Notes under the pieces: model-generated | Database searches by the model: none | What the model was told of the DNA's origin: nothing | What the model saw: only the letters and a program-made list of their open reading frames with translations | Shown here: one piece after another, positions 53,241 to 64,000 of the stretch | Numbering within the stretch: the stretch's first letter is position 1 | Layout: each line of letters begins with the position of its first letter | Assembly (NCBI GenBank): GCA_964016885.1 | Contig: OZ024746.1 | Span: 29,388,001 to 29,452,000 of the forward strand | Reading direction: 5' to 3' | Origin: Eledone cirrhosa | Lineage: Eukaryota | DNA length: 64,000 nt | Made by a program: the position numbers and the translations under genes

Positions 53241-54944
53241 ACCACATAACTATCATCAACATAAGTATTTCCACTGTCGTCATACTCACCACTACCTCCA
53301 CCATCGTTAATCTCATTGTCATCACAATATTTATTATCATCAACACAACCAACATCACCACAACCAACATCATCAGCACCACGACCAGCATCATCATCAC
53401 CAAAACCACAATCGTCATCACCATAACCAGCATCATCATCACCTTAACCAGCATCGTAACGATATCCAACATCATAACCACAAACACCAACATCATAACC
53501 AAAAACACCATCATCATCACCATAACCAGCATCATCATCACCTCAGCCCCATCATCACCACAACCAGTATCATCACCACAACCAGTATCATCATCACCAT
53601 AACCAGCACCACCAGCACCACCATAACCATCACCACAAGCATCACCACCTCAACCATCGTCAATATCATCACCATCAAAAATGACTTCAATAGCAACGAA
53701 AATAACATTACTGTTTGAAGAAAAAAGAAATATGACATCTACCCACTAACTTTATGTAAACGTCCTCTCCTTTAATTTCGTCTTTTGTGGAATGGATCTC
53801 GATCATCTTGAGAACGAGTGTTACAGCTGTCCGATCAACGGAACATTGTGCTTATGAAATTAATTTGTAAGTGGCTGAGCATTTCTGAAACCCCTTCACC
53901 CATCACTTAATTTTAAGGGAGTTTCAGCATGACACATTGTGTAAAAAGGCTTGAACTATAGGTACAATCGATCTGACGGGCTTCTCAACAGTTTTTGTCT
54001 ATCCAGTTTCATTTCCAAAGAAAGGTCGACCCGAATCTATGGTGAATGACTCTTGACCAACATGGCACGCAGAGGGATTGAACTCGAGACTTACTGATTG
54101 CAAAGTAAACTTCTTAATCATTCAGCCACCCACCTGAAGCTGTTATTCTGAGATGGCGTTGGATAAAATGCCTTACACTATTTACTTCTGGATTTTATTC
54201 CCTAAATTTTGAGTACAGAACCAAACGTGGGATCGAACGTCAGTTACCTATCAAACATCTTATCATGATCTGTACACATGACATGATACCTATCATGATC
54301 TGTACACATGACTTTAACAACAATGTCGCAACTTTATAGCATTCCGACACTAGTATCAACACATATCCAGCTATGGTGATTATTAATCATTGCGCTCTTC
54401 CTTGCTAAATTTCTGACTGTTCGCAGATAGACATTTCTCCTATAAAAAATATTTTCTACAATATGATCTGCTTATAACCACACGAGTTTTTAGTGTTATG
54501 CTTTCAACAGCCTTATCTATGGTACATAAACATAATGGCATGTCTATTGACATTCTCCTTGTCAGAAATACGGTCAATTTTGTAGTTATTAGGGTATTGG
54601 TCATTTGATTAGTTTCCCTACGTTCTGAGTTACACTTTGTATTTAATCGTTTAAAGATAGAGAAATAAAGTATAAGCCCAGTGCTGGAGAATCCCTGACT
54701 TCTTCCAGATGTCATACTCTTGAGTTTCCGCTTGCTCAAGGTTGGGAAAATCGAGAAAAGTTGTTGGAATGTTACCTTGGAAATATTTAGCGTTACCTTC
54801 GTTGCCACACTCCGAAAGAAATGTAACATACATATGTGACAATTAATTTTGAAAATAAGCAAGAATCTAAAATGATTTTAAATAACTGACCCTCTCATTA
54901 TTAGTGTTAAGAACATCTATCAGAAGATTATTTATGAAAAAAAC

Positions 54945-54981
<37 letters not shown>

Positions 54982-55054
54982 TGTGTGTGTGTGTAGCGAT
55001 GTCAACATGAATATATATACAGAAGAGAGAGAGAGAGAGAGAGAGGGAGAGAGG

Positions 55055-55110
<56 letters not shown>

Positions 55111-55789
55111 TTTTATCAAAGGTAATGCGAAGCCTAAAGCATGAAATAATACATCACTTATGCATCCAAAGATTTAGTTTGTATTTGTTCATATTTTATG
55201 CATACTAATTTATAATACAACATATTAAAGTACATTTATATTCCTGGCAGATGCTTCTGTTAAATTTTATTCGTCTCCAGGAGTACCTTACCCGATTTTG
55301 AAATCTATTAATAATAGAGATCTACTATTATTATAGTTATACGCTTTGGGGTTGGTTACATTTCAAAATTTTAAATTTCCCAATACTTCGAAAGTCAACA
55401 GGATGTTTACAATTATAGTGTTTTCATTGTGTTACTTTGCTAAGTTTGGAGGTGGTCGAACTACATGTCATGGTACATCAATGTGCCGTGACATACTGTT
55501 AGGTGACTTATACATTACTCTATGTATTTGCACGTGAAATTTGGAGTCTATAATGTATTTCAGTTAGTTGTGTCCGATTTTATAATTACCATAAATATCC
55601 TATGAAATATTTGGCTCGACCTATACCTCATTCTGCTATAAATGTCTGGTCTTTTGCCAATATACGAACTTTCCATCCAATATATATGTGTGGTGACAGT
55701 AATGTTATTATAATAAAATGAATCTGTCATTTTGATTTCCTATACAATGGGTAAACAACTTTTATCAAATGTTTACTGAAAACTACAAT

Positions 55790-56530
55790 TGCCGTTATAT
55801 CTACTGTAATATAGAACCCCAATCCTGTTAGGTTTACTTTAATATAAGACCATATCTCTGATTCTGTTAGATCTACTGTAATCCAGGACCACATCCCTGA
55901 TCCTGTTAGGTCCACTTTGATATAAAAACTCAACCCTGATTCTGTTAGGTCTACTGTGATATACGTCCTCAACCCTGATCATGTTAGCTCCACTGTTATA
56001 TAAGACCTCACCCCTGATCATGTTAGCTCCACTGTTATATAAGACCACATCCCTGATCATGTTAGCTCCACTGTTATATAAGACCTCATCCCTGATCATG
56101 TTAGCTTCACTGTTATATAAGACCACACCCCTCATCATGTTAGCTCCACTGTTATATAAGACCACAACCCTGATCATGTTAGCTCCACTGTTATATAAGA
56201 CCACTACCTCATCATGTTAGCTCCACTGTTATATAAGACCACATCCTTGATCATGTTAGCTCCATTGTTATATAAGACCACACCCCTGATCATGTTAGCT
56301 CCACTGTTATATAAGACCACATTCCTGATCATTTTAGCTCCACTGTTATATAAGACCACATCCCTCATCATGTTAGCTCCACTGTTATATAAGACCACAT
56401 CCCTGATCATGTTAGCTCCACTGTTATATAAGACCACATCCTTGATCATGTTAGCTCCACTGTTATATAAGACCACATCCCTCATCATGTTAGCTCCACT
56501 GTTATATAAGACCACATCCCTGATCATGTT
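55790..56530. repeat. 39-bp minisatellite, diverged at the left end
   Basis: Unit tgatcatgttagctccactgttatataagaccacatccc. Confidence 0.95.
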
Positions 56531-56879
56531 ATCAACGAATTAGACTTTAGGTATTAATATTACTCTCAATTTCTGAACTTTAACCGTGGCGTTATTAACT
56601 TTAACCGTGACTTATCTTATATTTCGCAACATCTGTTGTTTTTCATTTCAAAGGACATGTGCGGATATAATATATTATTGTCAGGGAATACAGTTATCTG
56701 CTTTTAAGATCCTTTAATGTCTTTTCCATCTGATATTTTTCTTATTGTCAACGTGGCCATTCTATAAACCTATGAATTGCTAATTCAAACTTAACAAATC
56801 TAATATGCTCTAGATGAAATAACATATACTCTATAGAAACAATATATATTATATACATACAATATATACACTATACAAG

Positions 56880-57091
56880 GGCGGTGGATTGGCAGTATCG
56901 GTAGAGGATCGGACGCCATGATTTGCAGCATAGAGTTACGGCCCTTTTAGATCTGAGTTCAAACCGCCGAGGTTAACTTTGCCTTTCATCCTTACGGGGT
57001 CGATAAAATAAAGTACCAGTCACGCACTGGGGTCGATTTAATCGACTTTCCCCTCCCCAAAAATTGCTGGCCTTGTGTCTATATAAGAAAC
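56880..57091 (+). mobile_element. tRNA-derived SINE (longer variant)
   Basis: Family match, with an extra ggggtcgatttaatcgactttcccc segment. Confidence 0.85.
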
Positions 57092-57226
57092 TAATATATA
57101 CACTATACAAACAATATATACTACACAAAAAATATATAGTCATTAAAAACCATATATAGTCTAATCAATCCTCATATACTCAACACAAACCCTATTATAT
57201 ACAATATATACTCGACATAAACCTTA

Positions 57227-57505
57227 AATACACCATACAAAACATGTAGTCTTTATATACACCATACAAAACATATAGTCTATACATACACCATACAAAA
57301 CATGTAGTCTTTATATACACCATACAAAACATATAGTCTATCATACACCATATAAAACATATAGTCTATCATACACCATACAAAACATATAGTCTATCAT
57401 ACACCATACAAAACATATAGTCTATACATACACCATACAAAACATGTAGTCTTTATATACACCATACAAAACATATAGTCTATACATACACCATACAAAA
57501 CATAT
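57227..57505. repeat. About 27-29-bp minisatellite
   Basis: Unit caccatacaaaacatatagtctatacata. Confidence 0.9.
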
Positions 57506-58359
57506 ATACTAAATATAAACAATACATACGCTATATAAACCTTAAATACATTACACAAATCATTTAGTCCATAGAAACATTATATACTCTATATAAACCA
57601 AGTTTTACTGTTCTTGAATCCTATTATGTGTATATACGTTCAATGAGTATTATATTAGCAATAGACCCCGAAAACCTTTAGATTATTGATCCCTTCATGA
57701 AATCATTGCCCCCAACACCCAACATGCACATTGATTCCCAGGCATGCAAAATGAATAAAATGTAGTCTAAATATATATAATTGAGAAATCTGTATTTTTG
57801 TAAATTCATTTCTTATACAAATGTCAGTTTGTGGCCAATCAATTTAATTAACCACCTGTGTTGTATAATTGATTCTGGGAACCTCATATGGCCACGTTGG
57901 GGGACACCTGGTCTAGCTCTACCCGGGGAAATAAAGAAATAAACTGGTAAGAAATAAACTTATTGATCGATATAGTTTACTGTTCACAACTCCCCAAAAT
58001 ATATTTCGTTTTTCTAAAGTGAAAAGTCATTGATAGAAACATTATAAATAAAAACTATAATTTCATATTAAAGTGGAATAGAAGACAAGGGATATTAAAC
58101 AGAAATGACATTGCAAGGTAAAATATATACGCAAATGGGAAAACTGTCTAATTCACGTTACAGAAGCTATTGAATTGTAAACATAAAGAACGGCAATTAA
58201 GGTAAACTGATAGAATGATATAAACAGGGTGGGAGTGATTGAAAGAAGTTGTATATACACGCACACTCTCACACACACACAGACACACACACACACATAC
58301 ACACACACACGCACACTCTCTCACGCACACGCACAGACACACACAGACACACGCACACA

Positions 58360-58400
<41 letters not shown>

Positions 58401-58834
58401 TCTCTCACACACACACCCACCCACACCCACACACACACATACACACACACGCACACTCTCACACACACACATACACACACACACACATACACAGACACAC
58501 GCACACTCTCTCACGCACACGCACACACGCAGACACACACAGACACACGCACACAGACATACACACACACACACGCACACACACACACACACACGCACAC
58601 TCTCACACACACACACATATACACACACACACGCACACTCTCCTCACACACATACACAGAGAGACACACGCACACGCACACACACACAGACACACACGCA
58701 CACAGACACACACACACATACACACACACACACACACATACATGCACATACACATACATATATATATATTAGGTATTAATTTAACAATGAAAATAATAAC
58801 AATAAAGTCGAGTTATTTTACCTATTCATATCAT

Positions 58835-58956
58835 TGTTTTACGATCGTTTCAGAGGGTTGATCATATTGACATATTGTCTGATCTACAGCAGTTATATAA
58901 CTGTATACTACCAGACCTCAAATCTAGGTTCGATCAGACCGTCTTCTTCGGAAAAA
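58835..58956 (-). ncRNA. Hammerhead-like motif with very long stem II
   Basis: ttttt-CCGAAGA-agacggtctgatc...gatcaaccctct-GAAA-cgatcg-TA^aaaca. Confidence 0.5.
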
Positions 58957-59019
<63 letters not shown>

Positions 59020-60540
59020 TAACAGATTAAAGTTTAAGCAAAGAATCGCTGCTTTCACCCTTAACGAGATCTTCTGAAACTAACAAAGTCAATCTGTAAA
59101 CGCAGAAGTGAATATTTCATAAAACGTTGCACTAGGGTTCTTATATATTTGATATATATTTATCGTTATCGAGCTCTCTTTGGATTTTAGTCTTCAAATT
59201 TATTATTATTACTATATATATATATATATATATACACATGAAATAAAGAAAGAAAGGACAAGCTGGAGAGGCTGGTGAGTATATAGTAGATGTACAATAG
59301 AGATTCACTCTTGTGATGGCAGGGGAGAAATAGGTGACACACACATACACACAAACACACACACACACGCCCGCGCGCGCGTTTCTGTCTTTACGTTTGC
59401 ACTGCTTAAGAAGCAGTGCTGTTTGTTTGTGGCTGGTAACTTAGTAATTCAGTAAAATCAGTACCAAACTTAAGAAGAAATAACTACTGGTGTCGATATG
59501 TTTGAACAGATCTCTTGCAAGAAGAACCGCCACCGAAAGACAAAACCCAGTAAAAACAAAAGAAGAATTAAAGTGTTCTTCATCAAACTCTCACGGTAAC
59601 AATAAACCGACAAACAAGCATATTAAAGACAATAGCAGAGGAAGAAAACAAAATAAAGTAAACAATCAAACAAGAAAATCTCAAGCAGAAATAATCATAT
59701 GTAAATATATTTGTAAATATATGTATGTTGTTAACACATTTGTAAACAATCATGTATACATTTATTTATATACATGAACTTGTAAATAAATAACGAAATA
59801 TAAATAACTATTTATAAATATATAAATAAATATATTTCCTCCATTTTACCACATGAGACATAATCACCATATTTGCTTTTAAAACGTAATTGGAGATATA
59901 TATATCAGAGCAATGCTTTGGAAGCGGTTCCTATATTTCTTTATGTAGAATCAATATTGGTTAGATAGAACAACTATATTTTATTATAATACACGCATTG
60001 TTATGAAATTGTAGATTGTGTATGAATAAGCAATTTAAATCCACTGTTACGTAAAGTAATCGATAATTTATTGAAACAACTGACTGGAAATCACTTTAAT
60101 CTAGTGGTCGTTATTTCCCATAATTTCATAGCCATTTGCTTACATTATACAATATTGTAATAATGGAGTAAGGAGACATGTATGTCGTATTATTGTACAA
60201 CATATATACTATACACTGAGGCTTAGTGGTTAGGGTGTTCGGCTTACGATCATAAGGGTGGGCATACAATTGCCACAGGCACGTTGTACCTGAGCAAGGT
60301 AGTTTATTTCACGATGATCTAGTCCGCTCAACTGACGAAACTGTGTTGTACCTGTAATTCAACGTGCACGGTTTATCATACACTGTAATATTGCATCTAC
60401 CTGAGAACTACGTTAAGAGTGCGTTTATTTGGGAATGCTAGGTCTCATGCCTTTTAATTTTATGTGTGGAATGTTCCTTTGAGCGACCAACTTCTAGATA
60501 TCTCATCGTTGAAACCAACGGACATCCATTACATTATAAT

Positions 60541-60725
60541 TGTTTATACTTTTGGCACAAGGCCAGCAATTACTCAATACATTACTGGTACTTTATTTGA
60601 TCGACCCCGTAAGGATGAAAGGCAAAGTTAACCTCGGCGGGATTTGAACTCAGACCATAAAGGGACGTAACTATGCGGGAAAGAATGGCGTCCGACTCTC
60701 TACCGATACTGCCAATCCACTACCC
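60541..60725 (-). mobile_element. Full SINE with 16-bp target-site duplication
   Basis: tccattacattataat at 60525-60540 and 60726-60741. Confidence 0.9.
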
Positions 60726-62450
60726 TCCATTACATTATAATACACATATATTGTACTATGGCGTGGATTTGGCAGGGGAAATCAAGTATCGGGCTAAATG
60801 CGGGATGGTATTTTTTCAAGTTCCCTGTGAGCTGAGGAAATTCAATACCCCGGAGATCAACATTGCTTTACATCGTTTCTGGGGCTGTGAAATAAGGGAC
60901 TAACTCAGAACGCTGGAATGGGGTAATTGTTAGAGCGTCATATGAAATGCCTTGCGCTGTTTGTTCAGGCTCTTTTCGTTCCCTGTTGAAATCCCTCCAT
61001 TACCGATTAAGATTGTAAACTTAAACTCTCTCCCGCTCTACCACAACTATCCCATCCTTGGTTGATTTTAGTGGTCTCCATTCTGTTGAAGACCTGTCAA
61101 CTCTCCCCGTCTGACAGGGAGATCTCCCACCTACTTTCGGCTGGGTGAGAGATTTCTTCTCTTGTGAAAATGAGAAGAACCCCGCCCCCCCCCTTAAATC
61201 CGAGGAAAAATAATTATTTCCCACTGAAATCGATTGGGCGTGTTCTTCAATAATAATACAATTTATCTTTGCTTCATTTTTTGTGTCTGTGTAATTGGAT
61301 TGAGAAGGGTTTTGCATATTCTCTTATGTCAACGGGGCGTGTCTCTTTAATATTAACTGACAAGCTGTTAACTGTGATATTACAAACTTATTCACTTGTG
61401 TCTCGTGATCCTTCAACTGTTCAAATGTTAATTTCTTTCTTTTACCGTTAAGCCATGAGATTTTCCATACAGAAAATTACATCACTTCAACTGTTATTTC
61501 GCATGTTAAGTAAATTTTCTTCTTCGGTAAGCGATTATAAATTGTAAAATCTAATTTAAAGATTTATTTCTCATTACACAGAACCCTACGTGAAATCACT
61601 TTGCTGTCAGTAATTTCGGATTAAATCCTATTAAACGACATTCAGACACAAAACAAATACATTGAATGAAAACAGTAAAAAAATATATATATTAACAGTG
61701 ATAAGCTTAGACAATACATTTTGTCTCTTCGTGTTTTATGTCATTATTTAAAACTGAGACAAAAAATCAAATGCAATCTAAAAGGAAATAAAACGTCTGA
61801 CAAAATATAAGCAGTTCTTCGATAAAAGTATTAACCACCTTCTAATAATTAATAGTCGATTCTATCTATTTATTTCATCAAATACATTGAAGAGAATGTT
61901 TATTTTAAACATTGTTCCATTTCGTTATTACTGTACTTTGGGCGTGGCGAAGGTTGTGATGGTGACGGTGGTGACAGAATTGAAACTTTGTACAGCGTTA
62001 GATGATTGATGGTATCACACTGTAAAATTTCCCGTTTCAAATAGATGCTGTGAAATATGAAGTTTATCGTTGTATTTCACACAACAAGTGAGATGCTTGC
62101 GTGTTCCGTGTTGCCTGTCAATAAATATATTCTAAGATTCTTTATCAACTATGTCTTATGGTGTGTGTAGGATTTATTAAAAGCGACATGAAAGTAGGTC
62201 TGGAGCTGAGGAGAACACAGGGGTATATCGTTGAGGCGTAAATCTACCAAGCGGAATAAAGATATTCGTATATTTCCAGGAAAAGGGGTGGGTGGGTTAT
62301 GCACCTTAAATACACAAACTATTTTCTTTTTATTTCCGACAACTTGCTATATGTGTGTGTGTGTATATATATATATTTGATATATATTTATCCTTATCGA
62401 TCCCTCTTTGTATTTTAGTCTTCAAATTTATTATTATTACTATATATATA

Positions 62451-62636
62451 GGCGGTGGATTGGCAGTATCGGTAGAGGGTCGGACGCCATGCTTTCCAGC
62501 ATAGTTACGTCCCTTTACGATTTGAGTTCAAATCCCGCCGAGGTTAACTTTGCCTTTCATCCTTACGGGGTCGATAAAATAAAGTACCAGTAATGCACTG
62601 GGTAATTGCTGGCCTTGTGCCTAAAGTAGAAACAAT
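62451..62636 (+). mobile_element. tRNA-derived SINE
   Basis: Family match. Confidence 0.85.
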
Positions 62637-62799
62637 TATTACTATATATATATATATATATATATAAATATATATATATATAGAATTTTCGTATGCATTT
62701 CAGGCTTAACTGACCTTCGTCAGAACGATCCCTCCCACCGCTTGCGACAGCTAGACTAGAAGACAGCCGAGAATATATAGTTTTCTGGTCTGTGTAAAT

Positions 62800-62908
62800 G
62801 AGGTGATTAATCTCATTTGTATATGAAGCTGCATAAGTTGGCTCAACTTATAAATTATAAGTTGAACCAACTTATGCAGCTTCATATACAATTGAGATTA
62901 ATCACCTC
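62800..62908. repeat. Near-perfect 109-bp palindrome
   Basis: gaggtgattaatctca...ttataaattataa...tgagattaatcacctc. Confidence 0.9.
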
Positions 62909-62920
62909 CTTATTATTATT

Positions 62921-63103
62921 TGGATTGGCAGTATCGGTAGAGGGTCGGACGTCATGCGTTGACGCATAGAGTTATGGCCCTTGCCATTCTGAGTTCAAAT
63001 CCCGCCGAGGTTAACTTTGCCTTTCATCCTTACGGGGTCGATAAAATAAAGTACCAGTAATGTACTGGGTAATTGTTGGCCTTGTGCCTAAAGTAGAAAC
63101 AAT
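62921..63103 (+). mobile_element. tRNA-derived SINE
   Basis: Family match. Confidence 0.85.
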
Positions 63104-63509
63104 TATTATTATTATTATTGAATGCCATGGTTGACGGAGGCTCGGCGCTGTAAGGTATTGTAAATTTTGACCGTTATAACAATTGTAAATTGTTTGAAAC
63201 TTTAACCAAATTGTAGACAAAAACACCCTCCTCCTCGTGAGAGGGGTCTTTCTGCCCGTTATTTGGCCCTTCGGCGTTAAATAACCGCTTATTGGGGTTT
63301 TGTGCCCAATATTTATTTTAAACCAAAAAAAACATGACTACAAAAAAGAATTTTCACAAGTCACTCCCACTCATTCCGTCTTCTTCTTCCTCAATCGTCA
63401 CTACAGCAGAGAGAAGATTGTCTCTCTCCCCCCTTCTCTAAATGTGTCTCTCTCCCTCCCTTCTCTTTCGCAAGCGACGCCAGTAAAGAAAAATAGTTTC
63501 CAAAATCAC

Positions 63510-63718
63510 ATGCAAAACATGGAACATTTTTCCACGACGACGACAACGACGAAAAAGGTGTGCGGTAAATACGAAAACCCATTTCATTCGTCTGACGTCA
63601 TGAATAATAGCAGTAGCAGCCGTAATAACAGCAGTAGCAGCTACAGTGACAAGGAAAACAACAGTAGCAGCCGCATCAGCATCATCAGCAGCATAAACAA
63701 CTACAGCATTAGCAGCAA

Positions 63719-63750
<32 letters not shown>

Positions 63751-64000
63751 ACAACCACAGCAACAGCGGCGGCGGCAGTAGTCGTAGTACCTGCAGCAAC
63801 AACAAAAATAACAGCAGCTCTGACGACAACAACAACAACAACAACAACAGCAGCAAAGAAAAACCAATCTCGTTTGCAGGTATCGCAAAGAACCTGGAAA
63901 CCATCCTCATAACAAATGAGGAATTACAGGAAGCAAAGAAGATGGTGACGAAAACCGGACACCGAGCAATCTGCAAGGCAGCCGAAAATTTTTTGGAAAC
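63510..64000 (+). CDS. Open frame running off the window end; possibly ORF1 of a LINE
   Basis: MQNMEHFSTTT...(N/S-rich)...KEKPISFAGIAKNLETILITNEELQEAKKMVTKTGHRAICKAAENFLE with no stop; absent from the ORF track. Confidence 0.45.

Noticed and set aside
54440-54862. 140-aa and 63-aa minus-strand ORFs in unique sequence
   Set aside because: No recognisable domain or convincing splice pattern.
51640-56530. 37-bp and 39-bp arrays as CRISPR
   Set aside because: Units are directly adjacent with no unique spacers, there are no cas genes, and the context is eukaryotic.

Overview
This is a eukaryotic, AT-rich, microsatellite-saturated window with no recognisable host gene. The tRNA-derived SINE types and repeat landscape look like a coleoid cephalopod (octopus-like); that is an inference, not verified. 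Recognisable content: (1) a nearly complete but frameshifted Tx1/L1-clade LINE (23626-28068, minus) and three shorter Tx1 fragments; (2) R4/Dong-type restriction-like-endonuclease fragments; (3) an RTE fragment and three copies of a bipartite RTE-derived element; (4) many tRNA-derived SINEs; (5) a non-autonomous Helitron; (6) two tiny Tc1/mariner-type MITEs; (7) several minisatellites. Almost all entries of the ORF track are microsatellite read-through. The main unexplained signal is roughly a dozen unrelated short elements sitting in (TA)n tracts. Most are fold-back palindromes (arm, inverted arm, unique tail) and carry minimal type I hammerhead ribozyme motifs, read by eye on both strands. 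Some cores are canonical (CUGAUGA...GAAA...UH); others have recurrent variants (U3-A8 covariation, C4, U.U closing stem II, very long stem II). One is linked to a peptide resembling the C-terminus of a Penelope-like element ORF. The best reading is a dense, diverse population of ribozyme-bearing Penelope-like or retrozyme-like mini-elements. Ribozyme activity and family names are untested.
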